From Octopus vulgaris (Eukaryota), in contig OX597814.1 in assembly GCA_951406725.2 (NCBI GenBank), positions 18,972,001 through 19,036,000 of the forward strand: DNA of 64,000 bases, written 5' to 3'. Shown here piece by piece: positions 44,792 through 60,973 of this stretch (position 1 is its first letter; every line of letters begins with the position of its first letter). Made by a program: the position numbers and the translations under genes. The notes under the pieces are model-generated. The model had not been told where the DNA came from. It did not search any database and saw only the letters and a list, made by a program, of their open reading frames with translations.

Positions 44792-44835
<44 letters not shown>

Positions 44836-45107
44836 ACATACGTATACGCGTGAGTATATATGTGTGTCCGTATGTTTGAGTTAGTACATGCGTATCCATG
44901 TTGTGTGTGTGTGTGTGTGTGTGTGAGTACGTATATCTTTGTACTATGTTCGTTTGATTGATTATATGTTTATTCATTTTTATGTCTGTGTTTTCCTCGT
45001 ATTCATCACACCTAGCAGGACCACCGATTCAATTAACCACACAGAGAGTAAAATATTCCACAGATACAATTAAACCGAGTAAAGTCTATGAAAAGAAAAA
45101 TGTATCG

Positions 45108-45220
45108 TTATTATTATTGTCGTCATCGTCATCATCATCATCATCATCACCATCATCATCATTATTATTATTGTTATTATTATTATTATTATTATTATCA
45201 TTATTATTATTATTATTATT

Positions 45221-45275
<55 letters not shown>

Positions 45276-45583
45276 GCAACACCAATAATGATGATGAAGA
45301 TGATGAAGAGGAGGAGGAAGAGAAGAAGAAGAAGAAGAAGAAGAAGAAGGAGGAGGAGGAGGAGGAGGAGGAGGACAAGAAGAAGAAGAAGGAGGAGGAG
45401 AAGAAGAAGAAGAAGAAGAAGGAGAAGAAGAAGAAGGAGAAGAAGAAGGAGAGGAAGAAGAAGAAGGAGAGGAAGAAGAAGAAGGAGAAGAAGAAGAAGA
45501 AGAAGAAGAAGAAGAAGAAGAAGAAGAAGAAGAAAAACAACAACAACGTTAACAACAGCAGCAATAACAAGAATATTAAAAAC

Positions 45584-45619
<36 letters not shown>

Positions 45620-45662
45620 AATGATGATGGTGGTGGTGATGGTGGTGATAATGATGATGATG
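45108..45662. repeat. Long compound trinucleotide microsatellite (TCA/TTA/TAA/GAA/GGA/GAT)
   Basis: Direct reading. Confidence 0.95.
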
Positions 45663-46009
45663 TGGTGTGCATTCTTTTCTTAAATTCGTGTGCTCCAATT
45701 TTAGTTGCTCAAGCGAGGATTGCAGTACTACTTCATATTTCCAACAGTACTTCATATTTCGTTTGCATAACGGCTATTAAATGGCCCCTCACAAGTACTC
45801 CGCTATATTTTCGTTTGCTTTAACATTCATCGGAAAAGAAAAAAAAACCCCACATCAGTGCAATAAAATAACACATTTACTTTGAAACGGAGAAAAATTC
45901 GGCAGTTTTATTTTATTTGAATAGAAATCTTCGGCATTCTTCCTCCTGTCCATTGGCAGTGAATACCTTCTTCTGTGGTTTCTAGGACAAAGTGTGGTCT
46001 TAACAAAAT

Positions 46010-46790
46010 TTAGGAGCACTGTTTCTTAGTGCAAGGGAAATTTAGCACAGTCACTAATTTGCATAATCTTTTAGACTCTAGAAAAACATTATAACTTAGC
46101 TTAAGGCTTTGATAGATAAAAACCGGGAAAATGTTTTCAGTTTTTAATCCAAAACTCTTTAAAATTTTGATTAATATTGCATGGAGGATTAAACCAAATG
46201 CCATTTTGTTTACGAGTAATATAATCTGAGTGGGAATTTGTTGTGCTCTAGTTGTACCTTCGATTTGAGGTTAATTCTTTTATAAAAACCCGTTTTTAAT
46301 GAATTTATTGCAATACCTGGCCTCACTATTTATTCCAGTTCTGTCTGGATATATATGAGAAATTCCTTCAGTTATCGCTTTAACGAGATTCTTGATTAAT
46401 GCATAAAGTTTGCGTTAGCGCTTCTTGAGTATTTAATATTAGGTGTGTGAAAATCGTTTGCTGTATTTATATCAGCCACTACAATTAAACTAAGTCCTTC
46501 TTTAAATTATCTGATTAAGACTTTCAAAATACTATCGATCCGTTGATATTGCCTAAGATAGCAAGACCATCATCCCTGTACAATCGTAGATCTAAGGTAT
46601 ATGACTAGATTTTGTCCTGATACAATCTTTACAGGACGTCATCAATAGGATCCTTAATTTCTTTTAGCTATGCAGCAACGTTGTTGTAATGGAGATGTTA
46701 TGCGATACATATTAATCATAGCATCACTACCTTTAGGGAAAAATATTTTTAAAATTCATTGCAATGACAGGAACTCTGGAAATGGATGTA
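46010..46790 (-). mobile_element. Decayed Penelope-like element (Naiad-like RT) with hammerhead relic at 46600-46647
   Basis: LYRDDGLAIL, EGL.L, RKQNGIWFNPP remnants; upstream TAT-TGATGA-C-GTCCTG..CAGGAC-AAAA-TCTAG-TC-ATA. Confidence 0.7.
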
Positions 46791-46834
46791 TAATAATCAA
46801 CAGGATTTGCCTCTAGTATTAACAGACCAGTTAG

Positions 46835-47165
46835 GACGGCGAGCTGACAGAATCGTTAGCACAGCAGACAAAGTAACCAGCAGCATTTTGTCTGTCTTTA
46901 CATTCTTAATTCAAATTCTGCAGAAACCGACTTTTACTGTCATCCTTTGGATGTCGTTCAAATAAGTACCAGTTCAATACTGGGATCAGTGTAATCGACT
47001 TGCCCCTCTGCCAAACCTGCTCACCTTATGCCAAAATCTGAAACCAATGGACCGGTTTAATGTAGCGAGTTGGCAAAATTGTTAACACGCCAGTCAAAAT
47101 GCTTTGCGGCATTTCTCTTGACGTTCTGAGTTCAAATACTACTGAGGTCGATCGACTTTGCTTCC
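46835..47165 (+). mobile_element. Two old SINE family D-related copies
   Basis: GCGAGCTGACAGAATCGTTAGC / GCGAGTTGGCAAAATTGTTAAC heads and TTCAAAT boxes. Confidence 0.65.
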
Positions 47166-47525
47166 AAAGTAAATTAAATTTTATAATTATTTATTATTAT
47201 TTTTTTTTTTGATAAATTTTTTTAGAAATGATTTGTTTTTACATTTTTTAATCTTTATTATCGTTTCTTTTGAAATTTTAAAAATTAACTAGGATTAGAT
47301 CCCCTATTATTTTTTAGTGTAAAAATTGATAATCCAACGCTGGGGTCGATATAATCCACTTACTCTCTCTATGAAATTTGTAGGCTTTGTGCCAAAATTT
47401 GAAAATAATGTTAGTGATTCAGCTACGTTACTAGGTAAATCCACTGTTGTGAGAAGGAGACGTTTATCAGTCTACTTTGAATGCTATTTAGTATATAATC
47501 GCTTACTCTCCCAAGTCTGATCATA

Positions 47526-48105
47526 AAGGGGCTATACTTAGAGGGGACAAACAAGGACAGACAAAGGGATTAAGTCGATTACATCGACTCCAGTGCGTAA
47601 CTAGTACTTAATTTATCAACCCCGAGGGGATGAAAGGCAAAGTCGACCTGGGTGGAATTTGAACTCAGAACGTAACGGCAGACGAAATATCTATTTCTTT
47701 ACTACTCACAAGGGGCTAAACATAGAGGGGACAAAAAAGGACAGACAAACGGATTAAGTCGATTATTCGACCCCAGTGCGTAACTGGTACTTAATTTATC
47801 GACCCCGAAAGGATGAAAGGCAAAGTCGACCTCGGCGGAATTTGAACTCAGAACGAAGCATCAGACGAAATACCTATTTCTTTACTACCCACAAGGGGCC
47901 AAACACAGAGGGGACAAACAAGGACAGACAAACGGATTAAGTCGATTACATCGACCCCAGTGCGTAACTGGTACGTAATTTATCGACCCCGAAAGGATGA
48001 AAGGCAAAGTCGACCTAGGCGGAATTTGAACTCAGAACGTAAAGACAGATGAAATGTTGCTAAACATTTCGGCCGGCGTGCTAACGTTTCTGCCAACCTG
48101 CCGCC
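47526..48105 (-). mobile_element. SINE family D, one head plus three tandem ~180-bp bodies
   Basis: Junctions AAAGAAATAGGTATTTCG and AAAGAAATAGATATTTCG on minus strand. Confidence 0.9.
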
Positions 48106-48130
48106 TTCTTTATGCATATGTTTGTGTGAG

Positions 48131-48218
<88 letters not shown>

Positions 48219-48786
48219 TTTGTACGAGTGTTTGTTAATGGTGTATGCATGAAGGCAGAATTGCGGGCTTTTTTTTTTAGTTACCTAGTTTTACATATTA
48301 CATTTTACATACACGTCACAACCAGGTCAATTTTGCTGTTCATCTTTCCGAGATTGATAAAATAATTATTGCAATTGATGTAATCGACCTTGCGCTAGAA
48401 ACGAATTCCCCACCAACACAACTGAGTGAATAATAACTCAGCAATTCTTGCGGCTGGTAATTTATAATGCAGGCATTTAAACATGTTGACTTCCAGCAAA
48501 TTTCAATACAGCAATTAGTTCTACAGCAACCCAGTAGGTCGCTGACATGCGCTTACAAGGGTAAAAGGGTGAACAAAGAACAAACAGGAATCTTTTAAAA
48601 CTATGTATGTTACTTAGCTATTTGGACCACATACTCATTTACCAAAGTGACGTATTGAAAAGAAAGATTTTTCTGACATTCACATTTGCACGCACATGTA
48701 AACGGACGAAAATACAACAGAAAAAAATACTCTCTATATTTATGTAGAATTGTGTGTGTGCGTGAGTACGTACGCGTATGTATGTA

Positions 48787-48817
<31 letters not shown>

Positions 48818-49276
48818 CAAAGTGTGCGTGTATGTGTGTATGTTTGCGCGCGCCTACTTTACTACGAGTATGCGTCTAATTCACACTCAAGAATTATCTC
48901 AATGCGTGTGGGTAAAAATCTATACATGGTAGAATTGATGATATATCTATATGTCAAAGTAGAGAATGTTGAGCAGCTACTTGGCGCAAGCCTGGACTGT
49001 TTTATTGTGTAAAGTTCGTCTGAGTTACCCAGATGTTGTTAAGGCCTCCATCTCGGCAGTGCAGGTGCGACCCGTTCTTCAGTGGATACCAAAAGTACTC
49101 AGAGTAGTAACTTACTTAAAATTTATCTACAACCAAAAACGCTTCATCAGCGCTAGCCACATAAATCATTTATAAATGTGTGTGTATGTGCGTGCGTGTG
49201 GTGGAGGATAAAGATTTTGCGTGTAGGCAAGGAAATCGAACGATAGTTTGATAGATAGATAAATAGATAGATAGAC

Positions 49277-49439
<163 letters not shown>

Positions 49440-49534
49440 AGGAACGGTTTTCGTTTAGGGATAACTTTCGCCAGTATTTTATTTGGTATATGCTAAAAAA
49501 TACAAGCATATTCACTCATACATACAAATATATG

Positions 49535-49594
<60 letters not shown>

Positions 49595-49787
49595 ATATAT
49601 ATATGTGTGTGTGTGTGTGTGTATGTGTGTTTAAAAATATATTACATGAATGCACGAATATACTATGTCTCTCACAAGGAATAATGGATGAGATTTTAAG
49701 TATAGCCGATATACATGACTAAGGAAAACATAAAAAAATATATATACAAAAGCAAAATATATGCCGTAAGAATTTTTCTTCTTTTTT

Positions 49788-50020
<233 letters not shown>

Positions 50021-50342
50021 TTTGTTGGTTTCAGCAATTGTTTAGTGTATTGCTCTTAGTAAGATTTTGGCAGCAAGATGTACGAATTTTTGACGGCAAA
50101 TCAGAACATAACAATCCATGTGACCACAATGACAGATGCCTAACATTGCTAAATGAATAGTTAAAATGGTACTCTTGATGGATAACGTGGTAGAGACTTA
50201 GCCGCGTGCAAGAACCAGACACACGCATTTAGACACACACATACTTGTGTGTGTGTGTATACATTGCGTACATTACACATGGCTACGTTCGAAAACTTGT
50301 ACATATACATACATATTTACATACATATTTGCATATATACAA

Positions 50343-50379
<37 letters not shown>

Positions 50380-50533
50380 GGCTTAAAGCAGTTGTGTCAC
50401 TAAAAGAAAATACGATTCATAAAGTCATTCAGAAATATTTCCAATTGTATTCATGTGTATCTATGGCGTATGCGTGTGTTAAACACGCAAAATATACACG
50501 CAAACACATACACACAAACAAACACAAAAACAC

Positions 50534-50636
<103 letters not shown>

Positions 50637-50713
50637 TACTTATACATGTGTATGTACATGTATAAGCATACACACACACACACGCACACACACACACATC
50701 AACGCACTCGCAC

Positions 50714-50757
<44 letters not shown>

Positions 50758-51656
50758 CAAAATGGGACAAAGACGCGTCATTCTGAGTTTTCTTTCTTCA
50801 GTCGAGTTTCAGATTATCTTTGCAATTTGTGCTGGTTATACTCGAGATTGCTCCAATCTGGCCAGCCCCAAGGAAAAAACTAAGCTAAGAGCATTAAATT
50901 ACTTCGAAGATGTATACAGTGGATGTATACGAAAACAAGGGCGAACAAAAACGGAGAATGTTACACAAATACAAATAACAGGACATAAAAAGAGGCGTCT
51001 TTCGACTAAGGACGAAGTAAATTAAGCTGCCGTGTGTGGAAGTAAAGCCTTAAGGCAGGGATACAGAGTTTCACAGGCACAGAGAGGAATGTAGATGTTG
51101 CACGGATGATGGTCAAACCACGAAAGAAAGGTCGGGTTTGGCCAAACAGCGGTCACGTGGGGAGAGTAGAGACTGGGGTAGAAGCAGAGGGACAGAAGAA
51201 ATAAGGAGGGGCGAGAAAAGATTGCAGGGCCACTGTGAAGTGAAAAGAGGAGGGAAAGCGAGCAGAAAAAATTATATCATTTTGCAGTCTAATAACATTG
51301 CCAACTCTTGTTCAAATGACTTTAAATTTTAACAGCACGTGTAGAAACAGGTCCAAATTTTATGTTTAATGTTTGATATGCTTATCTATTCAAGTATAGA
51401 AATGGCATGCACTGGGAGTGAAAAGACGCTTTGTGTTTGGACTATGCCTGAACACAGACCCATAGAATCACTACTCATAACATTGCTTTCAGATTTCGGA
51501 ATAAGTTCAGAAATCTCGCGGTAGTCGGTAAATTGATTATATTGAGCCCAATACTTAACTCAACTGGTACTCATTGTATCACTCCGCAAAGGATAAAAGA
51601 GAAAGTCAACCACGGCTGCATTTAATGTCAGAATATAATGACAAATGGAATGTCAA

Positions 51657-52068
51657 TCTTTTACTCTTTTACTTGTTTCGGTCATGTGACTGTGGCCATG
51701 CTGGAGTACCGCCTTTAGTCGAGCAAATCGACCCCAGAACTTATTCTTTGTAAGCCTAGTACTTATTCTATCGTTCTCTTTTGCCGAACCGCTAAGTTAC
51801 GGGGACGTAAACACACCAGCATCGGTTGTCAAGCGATGTTGGGAGGAACAGACACAGACACACAAACATATATACACACACATACATATATATATACATA
51901 TATACGACGGGCTTCTTTCAGTTTCTGTCTACCAAATCCACTCACAAGACTTTGGTCGGCCCGAGGCTATAGTAGATGACACTTACCCAAGGTGCCACAC
52001 AGTGGGACTGAACCAGGGACCATGTAGTTCGTAAGCACGCTACTTACCACACAGCCACTCCTACGCCT
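51657..52068 (-). mobile_element. SINE family A, full length
   Basis: Colinear with 5185-5641. Confidence 0.92.
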
Positions 52069-52459
52069 AGGAGTTCATTTTGTTCGGCATGTTAACGATA
52101 CTGGCAGCCCCTCGACTTAACACTTCTTTTAATATCGCTATCAAATACCAACTACCAAATCCACTACCGTTAAGGCCTCCAGCACAAACACATTCGAAAT
52201 CACGGCCACATCACATATACTACCAATGTGACGATGAACACTAACATCGATCAACCACGCTATCTTCAACACCAAGAACTCTATAGACTCTACTGCATAG
52301 CGTTATCATCATCATGGTCGTCGCCATTGTCGTCATCATCATCGTCACCTTCATCACCATCATTTTTGTCATCATCATCATCGTCACGGTTATCATCATC
52401 ATCATCTTCACAAGCACGACCACCTCCATCTTTGTCATCATCATTATAATTAGCATCTT

Positions 52460-52490
<31 letters not shown>

Positions 52491-53461
52491 CAAGCACGAC
52501 CACCTCCATCTTTGTCATCATCATTATAATTAGCATCTTATCATCATCAACATCATCATCATCATCATCATCGTCATCATCATCATCATCGTTATTATTA
52601 TCATCATCATCATCATCATCGTCACCGTTAATAACATCTATAACATTGCCACTGAAACAACAGTACCACAGCCGTAACATCACCGCAGCACCGCAGCAAA
52701 GCAGCAACAGTTGCGATCCAATAACAGCGGCATTACCGCAGCAACATTATTACCTCTGACTAAAGCCCACGAAATTCTGTATTACTACAGGTTCCCACCA
52801 AGAACTGCAGCAGCAGCAGCAGCTGCTTACAGCATTGTGGCTGCAATCACTATTGTTATCATCATCGTTTAACCCCATCATGAATATCGACATCAACATC
52901 ATCATCATCATGATCACCCACACCGTCATCAACACCAAAAATACACAACCGCCATCACAAAGATCATCGCCATATTCGCCCTCGGCGCCGACATCATCAT
53001 CACAGCCGCCAGCACCACCACCACCAACAACAACAACACTACACTCCTAATCTCATTGATCCGTGCTCCTCCCTAGATAAATCTGCCATTGGTAATATGC
53101 CCGACACTGCTGCCATCGTTAAGACCTCCGTGGCATCGCATTCACTTCCGCCCATATTTCTTCAACGCTCTTAACCTTTTTTCACGCGCAGAGCCCCCAT
53201 CAACACGCACACACACACGCATACACTAACAGTATATACGTATTAAAAGCTCATTCTCGACAAGCATTCACTCTTCCCGTCACCATAGTGCTTAATCCAA
53301 TCATTCCAGTTCTTCATTTTCCTCTGATAATCCCACCTCTTCACTCTTCACCTAGGGTTGCAGATTACATTACCTCATTCACTGCTTCTTATGTATGTAT
53401 GTATGTATGTATGTATGTATGTATGTATGTATGTATGTATGTATGTATGTATGTATGTATG

Positions 53462-53495
<34 letters not shown>

Positions 53496-53697
53496 TGTAT
53501 ATATATACACACATATATATACATATATATATATGCATATGTATATATATATATATATATGTAAATATATATGTATATATATATGTGTGTGTATATATGT
53601 ATATATATATATTTACATATAGGCATATATATATGTATATATAGGTATATATATATATATATACACATAATTATGAACTGTGACCTAAACCCTCATA

Positions 53698-53738
<41 letters not shown>

Positions 53739-54166
53739 GTGTTAGTGTATGCATGTTTGTATATACAATATTCTTCTGCTTAATCTCCCCTAATATATGA
53801 TTGCCGGGCAATGTCGATGAAGAGAGTAAGAACAGAGAGAAAAAGAGAGAGAGAGAGAAAGAGAGAGACAAACATACAGAAGAGGAAGAGAGAGAGAGAG
53901 AGAGGGGGGATAACTGAGTGTTTGAGGTGAAAGCAAGTTAAATGAGGGGGAAGAGGCGGAATAAGATTAAACGCTTATCAGGGATGAGTGTCACTATAGT
54001 CAGAATCCTTCCTGTCAGCTCTTTCCCTAGTTTGTTGCCAAAACATACACATCGGTATCTGTCAATGATGAATAAATAGACCTCCCACTCTATCTGAACA
54101 CTTCGCCGCTGATATAACAACCATATGAATTTGTCATATACCAATATGAAGGTAGATCTAGCTCTG

Positions 54167-54222
<56 letters not shown>

Positions 54223-54455
54223 CTGTCGCTCTCTCTGACGCTCTTTCCTTCTCTCTAGCCCTATATCTCCCTCTCTCCCTCTCTATCTATGTATGTATCT
54301 ATCTGTCTGTCTGCCTGTCCATTTATCTATCTATCTCTCTTTCTGTCTCTCAGCCTCTCTTTCTGTGTTTGTATATATATATATATATATACTCACACAC
54401 ATAAACATATATATCCTTCTCTTTTTTGTTTCTCCTTGCATTTATAATATATTGC

Positions 54456-54551
<96 letters not shown>

Positions 54552-55098
54552 GCACATTCATATAAACATTTTCATGTATTCTTATATATGTATATGTTCG
54601 CATATGTATTATGTGTGTATGTATATATATTCATATATACATAAACTACGCGCCGGTATGCACAAAAGGCATACGTGTACGAGTTGAATGCATGTACATG
54701 TCACATAAGATTACGTGCATATCTATGAGTGATAACTTTGAACATTTATTACCATTTTTCATAAACAGGGGGGAAAATAGCAATCCATTGACAGTGGTGA
54801 AGGCCAGATTTGGCTATCTTGACAACTGATATGAAGTCTGGGAGTGTGCGAAAACTTGTCGGTGCCCCTGAGAAGTTTTGCTGTATTTTTTTAATCATTT
54901 TTTTTTAACGTTACCTTTAACTACTAATGTTTTCTCATTCCATGAGTATTCTATTTATAAATTATTATAGGCAAGAAAGGGCACTGACCCTAACAATTTA
55001 AAACCCTCCTACACTGGACGATAATGGGAAACTGTTTGATAAGGAAAGCCACGTCCAGTGTTTGTTGGGAACACGATACACCTTGTTCTTTTCATATG

Positions 55099-55196
<98 letters not shown>

Positions 55197-55407
55197 TGTG
55201 TGTTGGGGAGGTGTATTTATGTGAATGTATGTGGTTTGGGTATTTGGGGAATGTGCGTGTACGCGTCTGTGACAGATTGATTGTAGTGGAAATATGTGTC
55301 CTGCGATAAATTATCGGTTATTCATTTACGATATTAACGTTAGATATAAGAACGTCGTTAAATCTTTGGAATTATTCACGTAGCCGCAACCTGTCTTTTT
55401 TCCTCTC

Positions 55408-55449
<42 letters not shown>

Positions 55450-55770
55450 TTTCTCACAATCTTTCTCTTCTTTTTCTACACTTCTCTCTCTATCTCCTCT
55501 CTGCTTATATGAAATCCATCATACACCGCTATATGGTCAAAAACTAAAACAAAATTATGCATATGTTTGCATATCCATGCATGCATGTATCTATCTACCC
55601 AACTATTCATCCATTCATGTATCCATCCATGCACACATAGTCGTACACTCATATGCAAGTACAAACATATACATACATACATACATACACACACACACAT
55701 ACATACATACATACATACATACATACATACATACATACATACATACATACATACATACATACATACATAC

Positions 55771-55801
<31 letters not shown>

Positions 55802-56027
55802 CATACATACATACATAAATATATCAAATATAAATTAAAAACAGAACACAAAGGATGTCGCGGTGCACGTGTTTCAAGCTTTATAAACAATCTGTTATTA
55901 CGTCAGTGTATAATTGATATAAAAGATGGTTTAAAGCTCTCTTCAGCCGCAAACATTGTTAGTCCAAAGATTACATCACAATATAGAAAGTACATACATA
56001 CATACATACATACATACATACACAAAA

Positions 56028-57115
<1,088 letters not shown>

Positions 57116-57229
57116 CAAAGACTCCAAATACTGTATAGGTGCTTTAAATAGTCGAATAACGCACACATCGAAACTTGAAAGTTTTGTCTATCTGATCTAC
57201 AAAATACATATGCATACGTATATACTAAC

Positions 57230-57275
<46 letters not shown>

Positions 57276-57338
57276 GTATGCATGTATGTATGTGTGTGTA
57301 TATATATATATATATAAACACACACACACACACGCGCG

Positions 57339-57390
<52 letters not shown>

Positions 57391-57962
57391 AAATAATATA
57401 AATGTACCCTTTTAAAGCCTAGCCAGTCTCATGGGCCTGGTTTCTCGGTTTCCAAGGCATATGTGTTCCCAAGCCGGATGGGACGCCGGTCCATCGCAGC
57501 GTTTTTCATTTTTGCCAGCTGAGTAAAGAGTAAGACGTTGGACAAAAGACGATATAATTAGAAAACGAGCAAAACGACAAGAGTGGTAGGTAACGCTTGG
57601 AAGAAATCCTAAAGGACATGGAAATAAGAAAATAGAGGAATTTGTTTTGCGACTGAATGACTAGGCGGTCGGTATAAGAAAAAAGAGAGAGAGAGAGAGA
57701 AAGAAGGAAAGATGGCCACGGGTCACCTGTCAGCAGCAGGTAAAGGAGAAAGGGAGAGAGAGTAACAGAGAGGAAATAGAGAGAAAATAAGGGAAGAAAT
57801 TAGGTGGGAAGGGGAAGGAGAAAGGCTACAAATACAAGTAAGAGGATGAGAGAGAGAATAAAGGGGAAAGTGGACAGGCTAGAAATAGAAGTAAGAGGGC
57901 GAGAGATAGAAAAGGAGAAAGAGAAAGTAGTGTAGAGTCACACAAAATAATTATATAAACAA

Positions 57963-58107
57963 GTGGAGGCGCAATGGCCCAGTGGTTAGGGCAGCGGACT
58001 CGCGGTCGTAGGATCGCGGTTTCGATTCCCAGACCGGGCGTTGTGAGTGTTTATTGAGCGAAAACACCTAACTCCACGAGGCTCCGGCAGGGGATGGAGG
58101 TGATCCC
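57963..58107 (+). mobile_element. SINE family C, 5' half
   Basis: Matches the reverse complement of 7572-7718. Confidence 0.88.
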
Positions 58108-58921
58108 TAATTCTTCATTAGTCATCAACCAAAATAGTAATACTCAGTTTTCCCGCCATTAATGATGAGACTGAGAACTGTATTAGTCCTCTTTGTCATA
58201 AAGATGAAGTTCGATTTTTTAAAATGTGCCTTTTTGTAAATATCTGAAGAATTATTACCATTTACTCATGATACGTTTAAAGAATCGACATATTAGTGTC
58301 TACCTTAATGGTAGCTACACAGAATAATTATATAAACTTACTGTTAAAAATGTCGGGTGTGCCTCTGTAACATTACTTAGTAAATGAAAAAAATGCATTG
58401 TTTAGTAAACAACGAGTGATAAAAAAAAACCGTTTTACATATATTGAGGAAGTAACCGGACGGGAGACAGACACAGAGGGTCCCTAATTCTTCATTAGTC
58501 ATCAACCAAAATAGTAACACTCAGTTTTCCGCCATTAATGATAAGACTGAGAACTTCCCATGCTTGTAGCCCCTGCGAAAGTCGCAGAGATTGTCGGGCC
58601 TCAAGCAAACAAAACAACTCAGTGGACATGCGAAAATAAAACAAAATGTAATTTAAGATAATCGATTGACTTTCCATCGCGCTTCTTCGCAAGTTCAGCC
58701 TGTTTTAGCATGCAGGTTATAAGTGCTAGCGCTAGGCAGCAGAGAACTACAGCAAGGAAGAAGATCCAAGCATAAAAAAAGACTGTATTAGTCCTCTTCT
58801 AATAAAGATGAAGTTAGATTTTTTAAAATGTGTCTTTTTGTAAATATCTGAAGAATTATTACCATTTACTCATGATACGTTTAAAGAATCGACATATTAG
58901 TGCTCTACCTTAATCGTAGCT
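58104..58921. repeat. Local duplication; first copy lacks ~227 bp
   Basis: 58104-58316 versus 58481-58921. Confidence 0.9.
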
Positions 58922-59194
58922 GTTTCCGTTTGCCAAATATAGGAAATACCGTCTAAAACAATCTGACAGTCAATCCATGCCATTTTCACACTCATTTTCT
59001 TAATCCTACTCTTCTTTAATAACTTTCATGATCAGTAATTGAAATTTACACCGATATAAACTTTTGCAACATTGCTTTTACTCTTCAGGAAACACAATTT
59101 CTATTTACTTGTGTGATTTCTGCGAACAAGCTTTGTCAAAAATATGTATGTGATGACACCACTCTACACTGAGCGATTCGTCGCAAAATTAATT

Positions 59195-59790
59195 GTTACC
59201 AACAAAACACCTCCACTAGAACTAAGCCAAAATAGTGGCAATGCCCAAAGAATATGGGGAATTGACAGGACTTAATTATCACTCTCCACAGACTCATTCT
59301 GGATGTCCATGAAATTCGAAGTATTAGTTGCATCTGAAGATCTTGGCAGCATTCTTGAGTGATCCTCCATGATATCCAAGCAAATGCGACTGGAAATCTG
59401 AAGCAAGATGCCAAAATACTAACACTACACTTGCGGAAGAATATGCAGACTCGTCTCACAGACCAGAAAATGGACAATTGCCATACTCTTTTCATCACCT
59501 CACCTATATCAACATCAAAATTCACAGCAAAAAATACAATAACTGCATTTGCTGAAAAAATAGAAGCTACCACAATGTCAGCAATCTCCTACGGTGTTTT
59601 ATAGGCCCTCTCAAGTAAAAGCAACATTCACATAAATAGAGACAATTGTTTCTGTGGTAATTGGTGCACTCGACACAAAGCCAAACTGCCACCTAAGAAG
59701 ATGAAGAATATCGGAATTGAGACGCATACTGTCGACCAGCAGAAGAGTACCGTCTTCTATCCACCCAATACTTTTCATACCTTATGTATC
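59195..59790 (+). pseudogene. Decayed RLE-type (R4/Dong/NeSL-like) non-LTR retrotransposon endonuclease end
   Basis: ILHDIQ (cf. ILWDF.IQ), IVSVVIGAL, KNIGI..QKS remnants in expected order. Confidence 0.6.
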
Positions 59791-60401
59791 CAAGAGTGCA
59801 TTATCTCATCTTACAATTCTATATCGGTAAAATGTGATTTAAGGTAGATTTTATCAAGTCGTGAGCCTCTGTTCTTAGTTTGACAATTGTAAAATATGTA
59901 TGTATGGAAACTATATGTATGAACACGCTGGTTTCCATACATATAGGCATTTCACTTTGCTATGATCGCTAATTCTCACGATCACATAATACCCAGCCCT
60001 GTGAACAGAATGTTCTGCATTTTTTTGAAAGGAAAATCATAATTATGAATTCAGTTTTGAGAAGCGAAACAGTATGTCTTTTATTTTCTTGCAAAATTCA
60101 TTGCTGTGTATTGAAAATTTTGTGTGAGTAATTTTGAAAAGCTGTGCAGTGTTTCCATTTTTTTTATTTTTAGATTTTTAATGTACAGCTATATTTGTCG
60201 AAATTTTGTTGTCAAATAAAAACATGTATTCTATATCCCTGGCTAAAGTGTCACGTGAATTCTACCTTGCATCTATGTAAAACAGCTGATATTTCAAGTT
60301 AAGAAGGCAGGGTTGTTAGCCTAATCAATCACGAGAATATTTTTAAATAAAGTCTCTGTACATGGAAGTTGGAGTGAGTTTCTCACGTTGGTATATATGG
60401 C

Positions 60402-60811
60402 GAAAGGCGACGAGCTGGCAGAAACGTTACCACGCTGGGCGAAATGCTTACCGGTATTTCGCCTGCCGTTACGTTCTGAGTTCAAATTCCGCCGAGGTCG
60501 AATTTGCCTTTCATCCTTTCGGGGTCGATAAATTAAGTACCAGTTAAGCACTGGGGTCGATATAATCGACTTAATACCTATGTCTGTCCATGTTTGTCCC
60601 CTCTATGTTCAGCCAGTTGTGGGTAATAAAGAAATAGGTATTTCGCCTGCCGTTACGTTCTGAGTTCAAATTCCGCCGAGGTCGACTTTGCCTTTCATCC
60701 TTTCGGGGTCAATAAATCAAGTACCACTGGGGTCGATGTAATCGACTTAATCCGTTTGTCTATCCTTGTTTGTCCTCTCTGTGTTTAGCCCCTTGTGGGT
60801 AGTAAAAAATA
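60402..60811 (+). mobile_element. SINE family D dimer (head + two bodies) with TSD
   Basis: GGTATATATGGC at 60390-60401 and 60812-60823; internal junction GAAATAGGTATTTCG. Confidence 0.9.
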
Positions 60812-60973
60812 GGTATATATGGCAAAAGCAAAGTAATGATGAATGAGTTTGAAAAGGACGGGATCACGTTTTATTATTCTCTAGAATAAACGTCATCCGT
60901 TTTCCAGTAACATTTTGTAATAGAAAGCGAGAATACCAAGAAGAATGACTTCCTTAACTAATTTTATATTAAA

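Noticed and set aside
45969-45983. Possible 15-nt minus-strand microexon (KPQKK)
   Set aside because: Such short AG..GT patterns are expected by chance
55863-55908. CTGACGT..GAAACACGTG (minus) hammerhead-like string
   Set aside because: Core mismatch and no stem II pairing
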